Assembly (NCBI GenBank): GCA_020137815.1
Contig: CM035352.1
Span: 2,356,001-2,420,000, forward strand
From: Hormiphora californensis
Lineage: Eukaryota > Animalia > Ctenophora
Reading direction: 5' to 3'
DNA: 64,000 nt
Shown: piece by piece, positions 14,001-25,832 of the stretch
Numbering within the stretch: position 1 is the first letter of the stretch
How the letters are laid out: each line of letters opens with the position of its first letter
Made by a program: the position numbers and the translations under genes
Notes under the pieces: model-generated
Told to the model about the DNA's origin: nothing
The model's input: the letters and a program-made list of their open reading frames with translations, nothing else
Database searches by the model: none

Positions 14001-16899
14001 AAACACCTCGTGTTTCTGGTGGCAGCCCTCATCATTACCCCCACAACATGTGCTGGTACATCCTCCACTTTCATCTCCATCTCGCCGCTATGGGCCGTGT
14101 TAATCATCTCTATTACTGTGGTTACCATGGTAACAATGGTGGTGCTAACATGCTGCTACTGCAAGAAACGGGTGTCATGCTGCAGGGGGAGGAGTGGGTG
14201 GGGTGTTGCCTCTCTAGCATCATCAGCTAGTGACTATGATTTGGAGGATGCGAGTTGTGGGTCAGACTGGGATGGGGGGTATTACAAGGACAGTTGATAC
14301 TCCGGAACCGATAGCTTGATGGACAAGCAGAGACAGGACAGTGAAATATTAGGAGTAAAGCTGAGAGAGAGAGTGACAAAATATTTTCAGATGATATATG
14401 TCGTAACTTTTTCTTATTTTTCAAGATATCGTCTTTATTCAGGCGTTTTATGAGTATAAACCTGAATTTTACATGAATTACTCTATCTATTATGCCTTTC
14501 AAAGTAAATTTTCTTCTCCCCCGCTAGGTGAGCTGTCTTGTGGGATAGTTGCCAACTTTGAGAGGGACTTTCCCTACCTCTCCAGATGTATCAAGGAGAC
14601 TCTGAGACTCTACCCTTCCGTTCCCATGGTAGCGAGAAGAACAGACCGCCCCCTCAACCTATGTGGGATACACTTCCCCGCTGAAACTTGGTTCTGTCTT
14701 AGTAAGTTACAAGGAAATGTCTATCCCTGTCATAGCGATGCCTGGCCATGACACTCCCCGCTCCGCTCATGTGAGCGACGTGATTGCAAGAAAGGGTCAG
14801 ATCACTGTCTGACAGTTCTGGAATTACGTTGCTAACATATTATATTTCAGATTTCTATTCACTTCACCGACACCAGCAGTTCTGGCGGGACCCCGAAGTT
14901 TTTGATCCAGACAGATTTCATCCGGACAACAGTAAAGGTAATTACTAACTGATCAACCGAAGCTCACAGAAATGCGGTGTGTGAGCCACACAAGTAATTA
15001 CTAACTCTGGATATCGTGAATTGTGTCTGCCTTGAGTAGGGGAGGGGGGTTGGTCATGATCAATCTTCTAAAATACTCTAACTCCTCATCCTTTTCACAC
15101 ACTACTCTCTTACCCCCCCCCCCTGAATTGTAAAGCAAGACACATGAAGTATGAACGTTTGTAGACTGGCGCGTTATGAAGTTGGCTGTTCCCAGCGCGA
15201 GCTGGGGACAGCCAACTGGAGTTTAATCGCCCGGCAGGGCGATTAAATGAGGCATAAACTCTGGCCACTGGCGCGTTATTTCAGATAACTTTCTCCCAGC
15301 GCGCCGCTGGGAGAAGTTAGCTGGAGTTTATCCGCCGCTGGCGGTTGGTGATGCCATCACCTCTCTGCGCTTCGCGGGCTTCGTTTTCGCGCGCTACGCG
15401 CGCGAGTTGTAAGGGTGACTGCGTCACCAACGCTGGCGGATAAACTGGTTTAAATCACGACGACGATCCCGAGGCGGAGCCGAGGGAGAGGCGGAGGGGT
15501 TTAAACCTATAACGTGCCAGTGGTCAGAGTTTATGGGTTATATACCCTGCTTTAGTTGTTTATTTCAAGTATTACACACCAACAAGAGAGAGAACACTAA
15601 TCAAAACACACAAAGAGAACTGAGAAATAGTTAAAAACACGTCACAATTGAGTGTACACTGTTTGGTAACAGTTACTAAGCAGTTGCTAAGGAAAGAGAG
15701 TGAAAGAAATAGCCTGATAAGGGGCATGTCACAAATATCACAGAGAAAGAGAGAGTGAGACAAAAGGGGAGATAAAGAGAGAGTAATTGACGGAATGTGT
15801 CCTTTCTTTCTCTCCAATGTAGTGTGTAAGTGTTGCACATAGTGTTCCCTCTGTATTTTAGTAAGAACTGATCATTTACACACACTTTGAATGTTACGTA
15901 GGAGTTAAAAATAAATAACCTGCCAGTGGGAAATAATCTGCCGCTGGACTGGCTGTTTACTGAGAGCGCGCTAGTGGGACTTCTCGCCACTGGCGCATTA
16001 TTTAAGTTAGCAGGGTATATACTGGTTTAAATCCCGACGCCGATCCCGAGGCGCCAGCCGAGGGTGAGGGGGAGGTGATTTAAACCTATAACGCGATAGG
16101 CTAACAAACGTTCATATTTTATGAAACCCGATAGTAATTACACACAAATAAGAGACACAACACAAGGTGAAACACACTAGAACTGCTGGTAAATAGTCAA
16201 CAGATACCCTGAAAATGTGTGTAGACTTAGTGTCTACTGTTCCTAACATGTTTGAGAAAGAGAGAGAAAGATTAGGGGCAATACACACTGTCAGAGGTAG
16301 TGAACAGTAAAAGAGACAATGAGAGAGAGAAATGAATGGAATGTGATTCTTTTCACTCCTTATGAGAGAGATAACATTGAAACGTGTTGCAGACATGTTT
16401 CCCTTTTCTTTTGTTGACAGAACTGTGTGTTTACACACATTTTCAATACTTAGAATTTTACACGCATGTTATTCAAATGAAGAGAAACGCGTGAAAAAGA
16501 GAGCGGGACTGTTAAACAGCGAGCAGGGTGTTAAATCTCCCAGCTAGCAGTTATCATGAGCGCGCAAAATGTCCAAACGACTGATAAATCAACTATCGGG
16601 TTTCATAGCCGAATGAACTTGCCTTTTATTTTCCAGGAATTACAGACTTCACCTATCTACCCTTCTCTTTTTCAGGGATTACAGATTTCACCTATCTACC
16701 CTTCTCGGCGGGCCCTCGAAACTGTATTGGAATGAAGCTAGCTAACGCAACATTCGCAATGACTTTGGTTCATGTTATCAGAGCATTTGATGACATTGAG
16801 TGTGTCCAGTTTGAGCAGCCCTCGTCAGATTGTGTGCTGAGACCGGGGAGGGTAGAGCTGAGGTTTATTAGACACGAACAAACTGAGACAAGTCTATAA
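8038..16899 (+). CDS. Cytochrome P450 (CYP4-clan-like), 12 exons, with a long hydrophobic N-terminal extension
   Basis: Phase-compatible GT-AG exons 8038-8232, 8416-8566, 10109-10550, 10863-10987, 11190-11397, 11534-11671, 12612-12690, 12847-12985, 13084-13185, 14528-14701, 14851-14937 and 16676-16899. Motifs: PGPRGWPIFGN, WGKRR (C-helix), AGHDTS (I-helix), ETLR (K-helix), FDPDRF and the heme motif FSAGPRNCIG. Confidence 0.93.
8575..8676. mobile_element. About 110-bp MITE family A copy, right end truncated
   Basis: Near-identical to 11714-11811 and 47925-48038; left TIR CAGGAACCGACCGAA. Confidence 0.85.
8777..9717. mobile_element. About 940-bp foldback element (nearly perfect long inverted repeat) in CYP intron 2
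   Basis: TAGTAGGGTCGGTTGTGGGAAG... and ...CTTCCCACAACCGACCCTACTA. The arms are about 455 bp and match almost throughout, with a short spacer near 9235-9260 and TA at both ends. Confidence 0.9.
11714..11811. mobile_element. MITE family A copy, left end degraded
   Basis: Shares ATACTGGTCCCTGATTGGCTGATAACCAGTCACGTGAC and the right TIR TTCGGTCGGTTCCTG with the other copies. Confidence 0.85.
13983..14297 (+). CDS. Small single-pass membrane protein (104 aa) nested in CYP intron 9
   Basis: ATG-initiated ORF with a signal-peptide-like N-terminus, a second hydrophobic segment (LWAVLIISITVVTMVTMVVLT), a juxtamembrane CCYCKKR..CC cluster and an acidic/Tyr tail. Confidence 0.55.
   Translation: MLGIVSKHLVFLVAALIITPTTCAGTSSTFISISPLWAVLIISITVVTMVTMVVLTCCYCKKRVSCCRGRSGWGVASLASSASDYDLEDASCGSDWDGGYYKDS
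15166..16610. mobile_element. Two diverged related repeat units with GC-rich hairpins in the last CYP intron
   Basis: GGTTTAAATC-N-GATCCCGAGGCG-N-AGCCGAGGG-N-TTTAAACCTATAACG occurs at about 15447-15515 and 16024-16095. Each is followed by a colinear, diverged segment of about 330 bp (15572-15900 vs 16138-16455). Confidence 0.6.
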
Positions 16900-17050
16900 T
16901 ATATTGGGAGATGTATTAAGTGAAATATTGCTGAACAAAATGGAAGGATTAGATAAAGTGGGTTGATTGTTTTGCACATCAACACATTGGCAGCTCCCAA
17001 AAACTCTATCAGTCCCATAATTAATAGTCTCTCTCTCTCCGTGCAATTTC

Positions 17051-20000
17051 TCAAATATTGTCGCCGTTCATTTTTAGTGATGTTATTGACAGTTGTAATT
17101 CTCCCTTCTCTTGTTCCCCATTTCCAACAGAGATCAGGGCGGGATCAGAAGTGGCGGGATCAGGGAGTTTCCCATTTCCATCTTGGATAGCAGAAGGAGG
17201 TGTGTTGTTGTTAGGGAGGACTGATGTCAGAGCAGCGAATAGAAGGGTGGCAAGGTGGACTGAGATGCAGAAGACAATATAGAAACCCTGACCAGGCCCC
17301 GCAACTGGGAGAGGAGAGGAAATATACAATATATATTGTGCTTGTATTATTTACATGAAATGTACAAAATGTAAGACATCATTATACACACGGATAACGA
17401 GAGATCAGAGAACCATTTGAAGAATCAGTGTGGATCCGTGGCAGCAGGCAGCGAATATTGTTAGCATGCGATAGACTAAATTGGAAATTGAATACAACAT
17501 CACGTGACGGATCAATCTTTGTCAATTCATATCATTATTTTAATTCTTCTTTTACATCTTTTGATGATTCGAATAATGCTGTTTATTTAAATACACTGGG
17601 GAGGGGGTAATGGTATGCATGGCTGCGTTTCATTGTAGCCCTAGAGAATGGTGGACCCCCGGTCACAGGCAACGGTTGCTCAAAACAGTAGTTGATAATT
17701 TAACTAATTAATTGACAGCTAATTGATCGACACACATTACCCCTCGTACCTTTATCGTCCATAAGGAAGGTGGTTAGAAGAGGTCCAATGGTAACACCCA
17801 CCATTCCCCCCATAGGTAACATTGTCAGCACTTTCTTACTGGCACCCAGCCCTTTCGTTAGTGCCATCAGTGAGGGAAACAGGTTACTGACACCCAGACC
17901 TAGAGGGAAACAGGTTACTGACACCCAGACCTAGAGGGATTAGTGAGGGAAACAGGTTACTGACACCCAGACCTAGAGGGATTAGTGAGGGAAACAGGTT
18001 ACTGACACCCAGAGCTAGAGGGATTAGTGAGGGAAACAGGTTACTGACACCCAGACCTAGAGGGATTAGTGAGGGAAACAAGTTACTGACACCCAGACCT
18101 AGAGGGATTAGTGAGGGAAACAGGTTACTGACACCCAGACCTAGAGGGATTAGTGAGGGAAACAGGTTACTGACACCCAGACCTAGAGGGATTAGTGAGG
18201 GAAACAGGTTACTGACACCCAGACCTATAGAGGGATTAGTGAGGGAAACAGGTTACTGACACCCAGACCTAGAGGGATTAGTGAGGGAAACAGGTTACTG
18301 ACACCCAGACCTAGAGGGATTAGTGAGGGAAACAGGTTACTGACACCCAGACCTAGAGGGATTAGTGAGGGAAACAGGTTACTGACACCCAGACCTAGAG
18401 GGAAACAGGTTACTGACACCCAGACCTAGAGGGATTAGTGAGGGAAACAGGTTACTGACACCAAGACCTAGAGGGATTAGTGAGGGAAACAAGTTACTGA
18501 CACCCAGACCTAGAGGGATTAGTGAGGGAAACAGGTTACTGACACCCAGACCTATAGAGGGATTAGTGAGGGAAACAGGTTACTGACACCCAGACCTGGA
18601 GGGATTAGTGAGGGAAACAGGTTACTGACACCCAGACCTAGAGGGAAACAGGTTACTGACACCCAGACCTAGAGGGATTAGTGAGGGAAACAGGTTACTG
18701 ACACCAAGACCTAGAGGGATTAGTGAGGGAAACAAGTTACTGACACCCAGACCTAGAGGGATTAGTGAGGGAAACAGGTTACTGACACCCAGACCTATAG
18801 AGGGATTAGTGAGGGAAACAGGTTACTGACACCCAGACCTGGAGGGATTAGTGAGGGAAACAGGTTACTGACACCCAGACCTAGAGGGAAACAGGTTACT
18901 GACACCTAGACCTAGAGGGATTAGTGAGGGAAACAGGTTACTGACACCCAGACCTAGAGGGGTTAGTGAGGGAAACAGGTTACTGACACCCAGACCTAGA
19001 GGGATTAGTGAGGGAAACAGGTTACTGACACCCAGACCTAGAGGGAAACAGGTTACTGACACCCAGACCTAGAGGGAAACAGGTTACTGACACCAAGACC
19101 TAGAGGGATTAGTGAGGGAAACAGGTTACTGACACCCAGACCTAGAGGGATTATTAAGTGGGTTAGTGAGTTACTAAGGCGTTACTAAGGGATTATGAAG
19201 TGGTTTCCAAGTGGTTGCTAAGAGAAAACAAAGAGATTACTAAGAGAAAACAAAGTGATTGCTAAATGTTACTCACCAGAGAAGAAAGCGAATATCCAGG
19301 CGGCAGGTGCAAAACTATCCCTTCCAATCAAAATAGTTACCAATGCGATGGACAGGCACAAATGGTTTAGAATTATCAACCGTTTCTGAATGTTATGATT
19401 ATGAAGGATTAGATAACTCTAGAGTTAGGAAACAAAACCACAACTTAGATAGAGCTTTGTGAACCTCTCTATAACAGTTTGAATTCGGTAACTATGGTAA
19501 CTATTTGGTAACTAAGGTAACTGTTACCCTACCGGTTTAACAAGATGTGGCCTCCAAAACGCAGCAGCAGCAGAGAATCCCCTCATAACACAGGTAGCAG
19601 CTCCAAACAGGGTCGATATAAATCCTCCCATTGTAACCGATAAACACAGTTTAGACTGAGGGTTGTATTGAATACTGAATACTTCATACTTTAAGGGACC
19701 AACTTACAGAAAAAGAACCCGGGTATGTTAACCACAAGTACTCGAGGGAACTTACAAAAAAAGAACGAAGCAAGGAAACAGTGTCAGGCGACTCAATGAA
19801 TGTACCCCCTCTCCCATATTTTGCTATTTCACCTACCTTCACAACAAACGAGAATATAAATCTCATACAGATTCCCTCCAGTAAAAAGTAGAGAAGGGAA
19901 AGGAGAACTGTGTAGGTTATCAAGATCTTGCTGATTGGCTTCCCTTCCACTCCTAGAATACGAGGTTGATGGGGTGAGTAAAAGCAAAGACGGTTACTTT

Positions 20001-22734
20001 CTTTCTCTCCCCTTCTCTCGAGCTCGCTTTCTCTGTCAGTAAATGCACAAAATATTGTACCCTAATTGCTGACGCGAATGAACACGGATCTTAGTTAGCT
20101 TTTAAAATAATAGAAAGCCCATTGGAGTTATAATAGTCCCCTTCTATTACCAACTACTTAACCCGTGGATCAACAGCTGTACTCGATTATTTCCATTCTC
20201 TTTCTTTCTCTTTACTTTTCTAAGTAAGGATCTTTCTCCACACGAGTATCGGGTAAGGAGCAGCTGTATAGCCGCTCTTTGTCGGGACCCCCATTTGCTA
20301 CTAAGACTTGCTAAGATTGTTAGGAAAGAGCTGGTAGATAGAGGGACTCTTTTCTTAGAAACAGATGAAAATGGCAGTTTTTGTTGATACCTACTACAGC
20401 TCGAACTCAACGGATATCGGATGGACGTTCCATCCTATGTGGACCCCTCTCTTCCTTACTCTGAATCATTCTCTTGTCCCTGCCCGGTATTCTCCTTAAC
20501 CCAATTGTAATCAAGTCCAGGATTGCCCGGATCTCCAACTCTATTCCGGCTCTACTTGACAACCTGTCTTTGTGGGGTGTACCTTGTCCTCGGTGTATTC
20601 GTTTCTACCAGATGGACCTATTCCTATTGTTAAAGACACCCCACATCAGGACTTTGTATTGCGTAATACAACCGCATCTGATCAAGTATACAGCTTTTTC
20701 GTCAATTCGAGCAATATTTACTCTACTGCTCTGCTGTATCTTATGGCGCTCTCCCGGTATCGAGCAATCGCTGACCCGTTTGATGCTGTCCCTTACAGAG
20801 AGATCCTGAGGAAAGTGACTGGCTTTGGTATTGTAACCGTAGTTATATGCTTGGCTGCCTTAGCTGGTTTTAATTTGACAGCTGATCCTGATGTTGGTCT
20901 TAAAACACCAAAGTTTTATCAGTTGATCGTCTACCCAGTACCAAAGGAACATGGCTGGTTCGAATTATATGTAATTGCTCAAATCCCTAATATTCTACTG
21001 ATGATCGTGATCGCTCTCATTATCGCATCTCTGGAACGCACATGGCGGACTATTAAGATCTTGAAGGAGGCAGATGACACACCCGCAGAGACCAGAGAGC
21101 AGCGGAGGAATGGTGTTAAGATGGTGTTAGTCCTGGTCGGGTGGCAGATCGTGCAAGTGATCCTGGAATTCATATGCAGATTGAGATATTTTTCCTCAAA
21201 TCCATATCTTGCTGTAACGCTGTGTTGTCTTTTCCAGTGTTTTCAGGCAAGTTACACTGCAGTTGTTCTCGTAGGTGTGGATAAGGAGATTCAGTCAGAA
21301 GTGCGGAAGATGCTGGCATCTATGAAAAGACCAGAAAACACCGATGAGCCATAAGAGTGGTGTGGTGACAGTCATGGAAACTGTTCTGGAATGATGCCAT
21401 CTGAACTTGAAGTGGTAAAAGAGACACTGAAAGTACTGTGAAATACCAACAGCTTATGCTAAATTGTTAATCTGCTAATGTTAATCTCCAATCCCAATCA
21501 TATGTTAATTAGCTTCAGTAAAATGTTGTATTAATCTCGTGTTTCCAAACTTCGCCCAAATAGAGTAATTAATTAGCCCAAATTTTATGCAACTAAATCT
21601 GCCCTTTATCCGGGGTGACATGAGAATTTATTTGAATTTGAATTTTGACCAAAAAACGGCGATTCGAAAATTAATTGGTAAGTTCATTTTGTGTACAATG
21701 AACGAGTTACATTTTACCTTTAGCGGGCCCATTTCGTTTCCGTAGGGCGGTGTTCCAGGAGGCCACAACTGCTAAAATGTACAGCAAAACAGCCACCCCA
21801 CACAATGCCGCGCTAGTCCAATACGGTACCCTGAGGTCCACTAAACGAGGACTACTCCCCTCCAGAATACGAGATCCCCTAGGGAGAAGGAACGGATCAA
21901 AAAGAAGGGATATTTAGGAGACCAATTGATTTATAATCACATTCCAAATACACCCTCAATAGCTCCCCTAACCGGAGCCCTTCCCTCTAGTAAAATAGTG
22001 AATTCTTACTCTCCCGAATATCATGAGCATGATATTGGTTACGAAGGACTCACAGCTCTATCAGTATCACGCTGTTTATTGCGTTGAGGTGTAATTTCGT
22101 TACCAAAGCACTGTCTGGCGCCGCGACCCATCTGAGCGCACTGTCGCGCGCTCAATTTGAGAATCAAATGGGGTATGGCGCCGCCATACAGCCAAAGCAT
22201 GATAAAAGAGCTACATTAAACTGCACCCTTACTTTGTAACATTGCAGCTTTGCGTGCTTTGCATCCTGGCAGCTTCTTGACTAAGAAATGGAGTTGCAAT
22301 GAGAGGAGCTATCAACAGAGCCACCGACTTTATCATGAACATTGTCTGAGGAGGAGGAGAGAGATGGGGATAGAGAGATATGGCGAGGCGGGGTGGGGGC
22401 TGAGGGGGCTGTCATGGTGCTGCATGGTACTGGTCAGGATCTTGGTAACCTGGAAGTGGAAACCATTGAAACCACGACACCGACCTGTATCCAAGCGTGG
22501 GCGGAGCGTTTCTGGACTGTGATCGTTAGGAAATTACACAGATTGGTATTAACCCCAATACAAATTCCCTCAACCACGAATACTCCAATTATTTGAACCT
22601 CCGTCACACATAGAGGAATCAGGATCTGGAGAGGGAATGATTAGGACCTGGGGATAGAAGATGATGTGATGGATCAGAGTTAGAAGACAGAAAGGGAGAG
22701 ACAGAAAAGGAGAGACAGAAAGGGAGAGACAGAA

Positions 22735-22791
<57 letters not shown>

Positions 22792-23490
22792 GACAGAGAG
22801 AGAGAGAGTGACGGTACCTGTGATATAAGAATGAGGACATGTGAGACGGTCTGTAGGAGCATCAGATGGGTTACAGGATAATTAGCCAGTAGGTTCGCCA
22901 CTACGGTTCCCAAAACAGTAAAAACACCCCGCATCATCATTAAAATTCCCATTCGCTCCCAGCTTACACCTGTCTGGGGGGGGTGAGTCAACAAACAAAC
23001 AAACAAACAAACAAACAAACAAACAAACAAACAAACAAATAAACAAACAAACAAACAAACAAACAAACAAACAAACAAACAAACAAACAAACAAACAAAC
23101 AAACAAACAAACAAACAAACAAACAAACAGACAGACAGACAGACAGACAAACAAACAAACAAACAAACAGACAGACAGACAAACAAACAAACAAACAAAC
23201 AAACAAACAAACAAACAAACAAACAAACAAACAAACAAACAAACAAACAAACAAACAAACAAACAAACAAACAAACAAACAAACAAACAAACAAACAAAC
23301 AAACAAACAAACAGACAAACAAACAAACAAACAAACAAACAAACAAACAAACAAACAAACAAACATACCGTACCATCTGTATAAGATCAAGGAGGGTAGG
23401 TCCAATGAGGGCAACGCACAACCCCACATTTGCATACACTAATGTTGTGCTCACTCCGATCAGCTTCTTCAAGTTACCCTCGGATAACAT
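17051..23490 (-). CDS. MFS transporter, MFSD4/sodium-dependent glucose transporter 1-like (copy 1), about 9 exons
   Basis: First exon has GLCVALIGPTLLDL. Later hydrophobic exons (about 22972-22818, 22626-22488, 21960-21718, 19973-19837, 19670-19533, 19385-19277, 17899-17749, 17304-17051) have GT-AG borders and are colinear with copy 2. Confidence 0.85.
17870..19152 (-). repeat. Minisatellite of about 30 units (42-bp unit with 31- and 44-bp variants) made of an MFS 3' splice site plus exon start
   Basis: Minus-strand unit AATCCCTCTAG|GTCTGGGTGTCAGTAACCTGTTTCCCTCACT, continuous with the real exon starting at 17899 (GLGVSNLFPSL). Confidence 0.95.
20437..21354 (+). CDS. Intronless rhodopsin-like GPCR nested antisense in an MFS intron; two 5' frameshifts (pseudogene or sequencing error)
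   Basis: TM1 LPGILLN, a DRY-like MALSRYRAIADPF and several further hydrophobic helices in 20572-21354. The N-terminal part is split across frames near 20463 and about 20560. Confidence 0.7.
22989..23364. repeat. (AAAC)n/(AGAC)n microsatellite forming almost all of MFS copy 1 intron 1
   Basis: Directly visible; flanked by the exon 1 donor and exon 2 acceptor. Confidence 0.97.
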
Positions 23491-24770
23491 GATGCAGCTC
23501 TGAATCAGAGCCTCTGATGTGTAGCTCTCTTGTGGGAACTACAAAACTAGACAAAAACACGTTAGTATAGAAACATGTTAGTAAAAACAGTGCGGTATTT
23601 GAGGAATACCAGTCCCTGATCTATCGGTTGACATGTTCCCAGTCTATCTTGTTGAGAAAGACCCCGCCCTGTCGGATCTCACGCCAGGCAAAAGGTCCAT
23701 TGTGAGCTCACGCGAGCCGTCCGAGGAGATTCATCGTGCGAAAGACAGCCTGAGTAGCATGGCAACTGATCGGGTGAAGTCAAACTGAAGTAGGGCCCTC
23801 AAGAAAGGAATGCAGGCTTTGAGTCGCCTAGGACTCTGTGTGTATGAACAATTCAATGCAGGCTAGTATATCATAGAATGAAGGAGGTGACTGACAAAAG
23901 AGGAAGGAGCTGCTGTATTCATACCAAGGATGTGGGTGGGTTGCAGTTGTTTTTGTAAGTTATGTGACATGGTGCTTGTCGCCAAACCTACAAAAACAAC
24001 CGTGCCCCGCCCACATCCCTGGTATGAACATTACAATACACCGATACGATATCTTCTAATTCTAAATTTTAGAGAAGAGGAGAAGGACCCTAACCGGTTG
24101 GGTTATAAATAAAGTCCCTCTACCTCGAATCTTGATAAGATTTCTAAATCTAGGAATGCAGCACCTTTATTTAACCTCAGAGATTTATCTCTCTCTCTTC
24201 TCTCCCTCTCTATCTCTGTCTCCCTCTCTCTAGCCGTCTCTTTCTGTCATAGAGAGAGAGAATCTCTCTCCATTATCGCAGCCGGGATGCAACGAATCTA
24301 GAGCTAGCTGGACTAACAATAAGCCGGGCCCCGCTCATCCTCTCTTCTACGGTGAGAATTGGAGAGACGTGTGAACGAACTGCCCAGATACCGGGTTGTT
24401 ATAAATTCAACCTAATTTGAGTTGTTAAATTTAACTTTTAACGGTATGCATTCATCTTATAATTCATGACAATATCCCGTGTGAAGACAATAATTAACTG
24501 AACTTTAATTCAGTTTGTTGATTTTTGCTCGACCCTGTCTCAAGGGTTTCACTCAAGGATTTCTCTTGCTTTTTTATACCGGGTGCGGTGAGCCAGGGTC
24601 GAGCAAGGCAAGTTTTCACTTGATTTGTTGCAAGTAGGTCAATATCAAACTCACGAGTTTTAAAAGCTGCAGAAGAAAATAAAACGGGCAAAAACACAGC
24701 ACATAATATGACAGAATCGCACACACACAACCCAGTCTCTCAAGATAAGAGGAGAGGAGAAACAAACTGA

Positions 24771-24984
24771 AAGGGCGACAAGGACAGTTGGTTTAAATCA
24801 AATAATACATGTGTATGCAGCTAGGGAGAGAGCTTTAACAAGACGCTATCGTTTCATCCAAAATCAAATTACCAAAGCAGCTGCTGTTCAAGTCGTGAAT
24901 ATTTCGAAATGAAAGAAGATGATGCTATGAATAGATTGGTCTGTAAAATGGAAACGAAATCTCGGGGAGTCCTTGTCGCCCTTC
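24771..24984. mobile_element. Putative MITE
   Basis: Inverted ends AAGGGCGACAAGGAC / GTCCTTGTCGCCCTT. Confidence 0.5.
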
Positions 24985-25832
24985 ACAATCTAAAAAGGGG
25001 CATTTTAAATTAGGCCTTTTTAATCTTAAGACGTTTACTGGGCCACTATCTGGCGGTGCCAGACCCCGATTTGACAGTGCACTCAGGTCTGTAGCGCCAG
25101 TCTGTAGCGCCAGACAGCTGGGCCAGGGGTTAAAATCATCTGCAATACACCATCATGATTCATGTTTGCAATGGCAGATAGTGTACCGCTTTAACAAGCT
25201 GTTCCTTTTTAAAAAGAAACAAAAAACGTGCAGATCTGGTAAATCTGAATCATTAAAATTATCTCTAAACTCTAAATTAAAACCTAAAATAGTCCCAGAG
25301 AATTAATTCTCCTCAGGCAAGCACTAATCATTTGCACGACTAAAACTATCAACAAATATGTAATCGCTGCTCGACATTGTACCTTCTTGCTCACTGTATA
25401 GCGAGATCTGGAACAGCGATAAAAACTAATTTGACAGTACAAGATATACCTATTATACTGGTGAGGGCCGGTCATGACCTCGTGGGTCGCGGGGTAGTTA
25501 ATCAAATATATTTATAATCAGGGTTTCACTATCGAGCTCAGACCATGAAGAAGATGATCAAAGAACTGAAAACAATAGGTAATTTTCACTGTTTTCACTT
25601 TTCTCTTATCTCTTATCTCTTTCTCGATCTCGAGCGAGCTTGTGAAGCCTTTGTTGTGCAAGGAGGGGAGGCTCAAAAGGACTGGAGGGTATCACGGTAA
25701 CTGGACTCGAAAATCGACATGAGTTTATAAATGATCTCTCTCTATATATATATATCTCTCTTTCTATTTCTGTATATATATATCTCTCTCTATTTCTGTA
25801 TGTCTCTAACTTTTCCTGGAATCAGTCCATAT

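Noticed and set aside
17870-19152. CRISPR-like regular repeat array
   Set aside because: No unique spacers and no cas genes, the context is eukaryotic, and the unit derives from an exon.
22680-23435. Long CLFV-repeat ORFs
   Set aside because: Translation of an intronic (TTTG)n microsatellite; only the flanking parts are real MFS exons.
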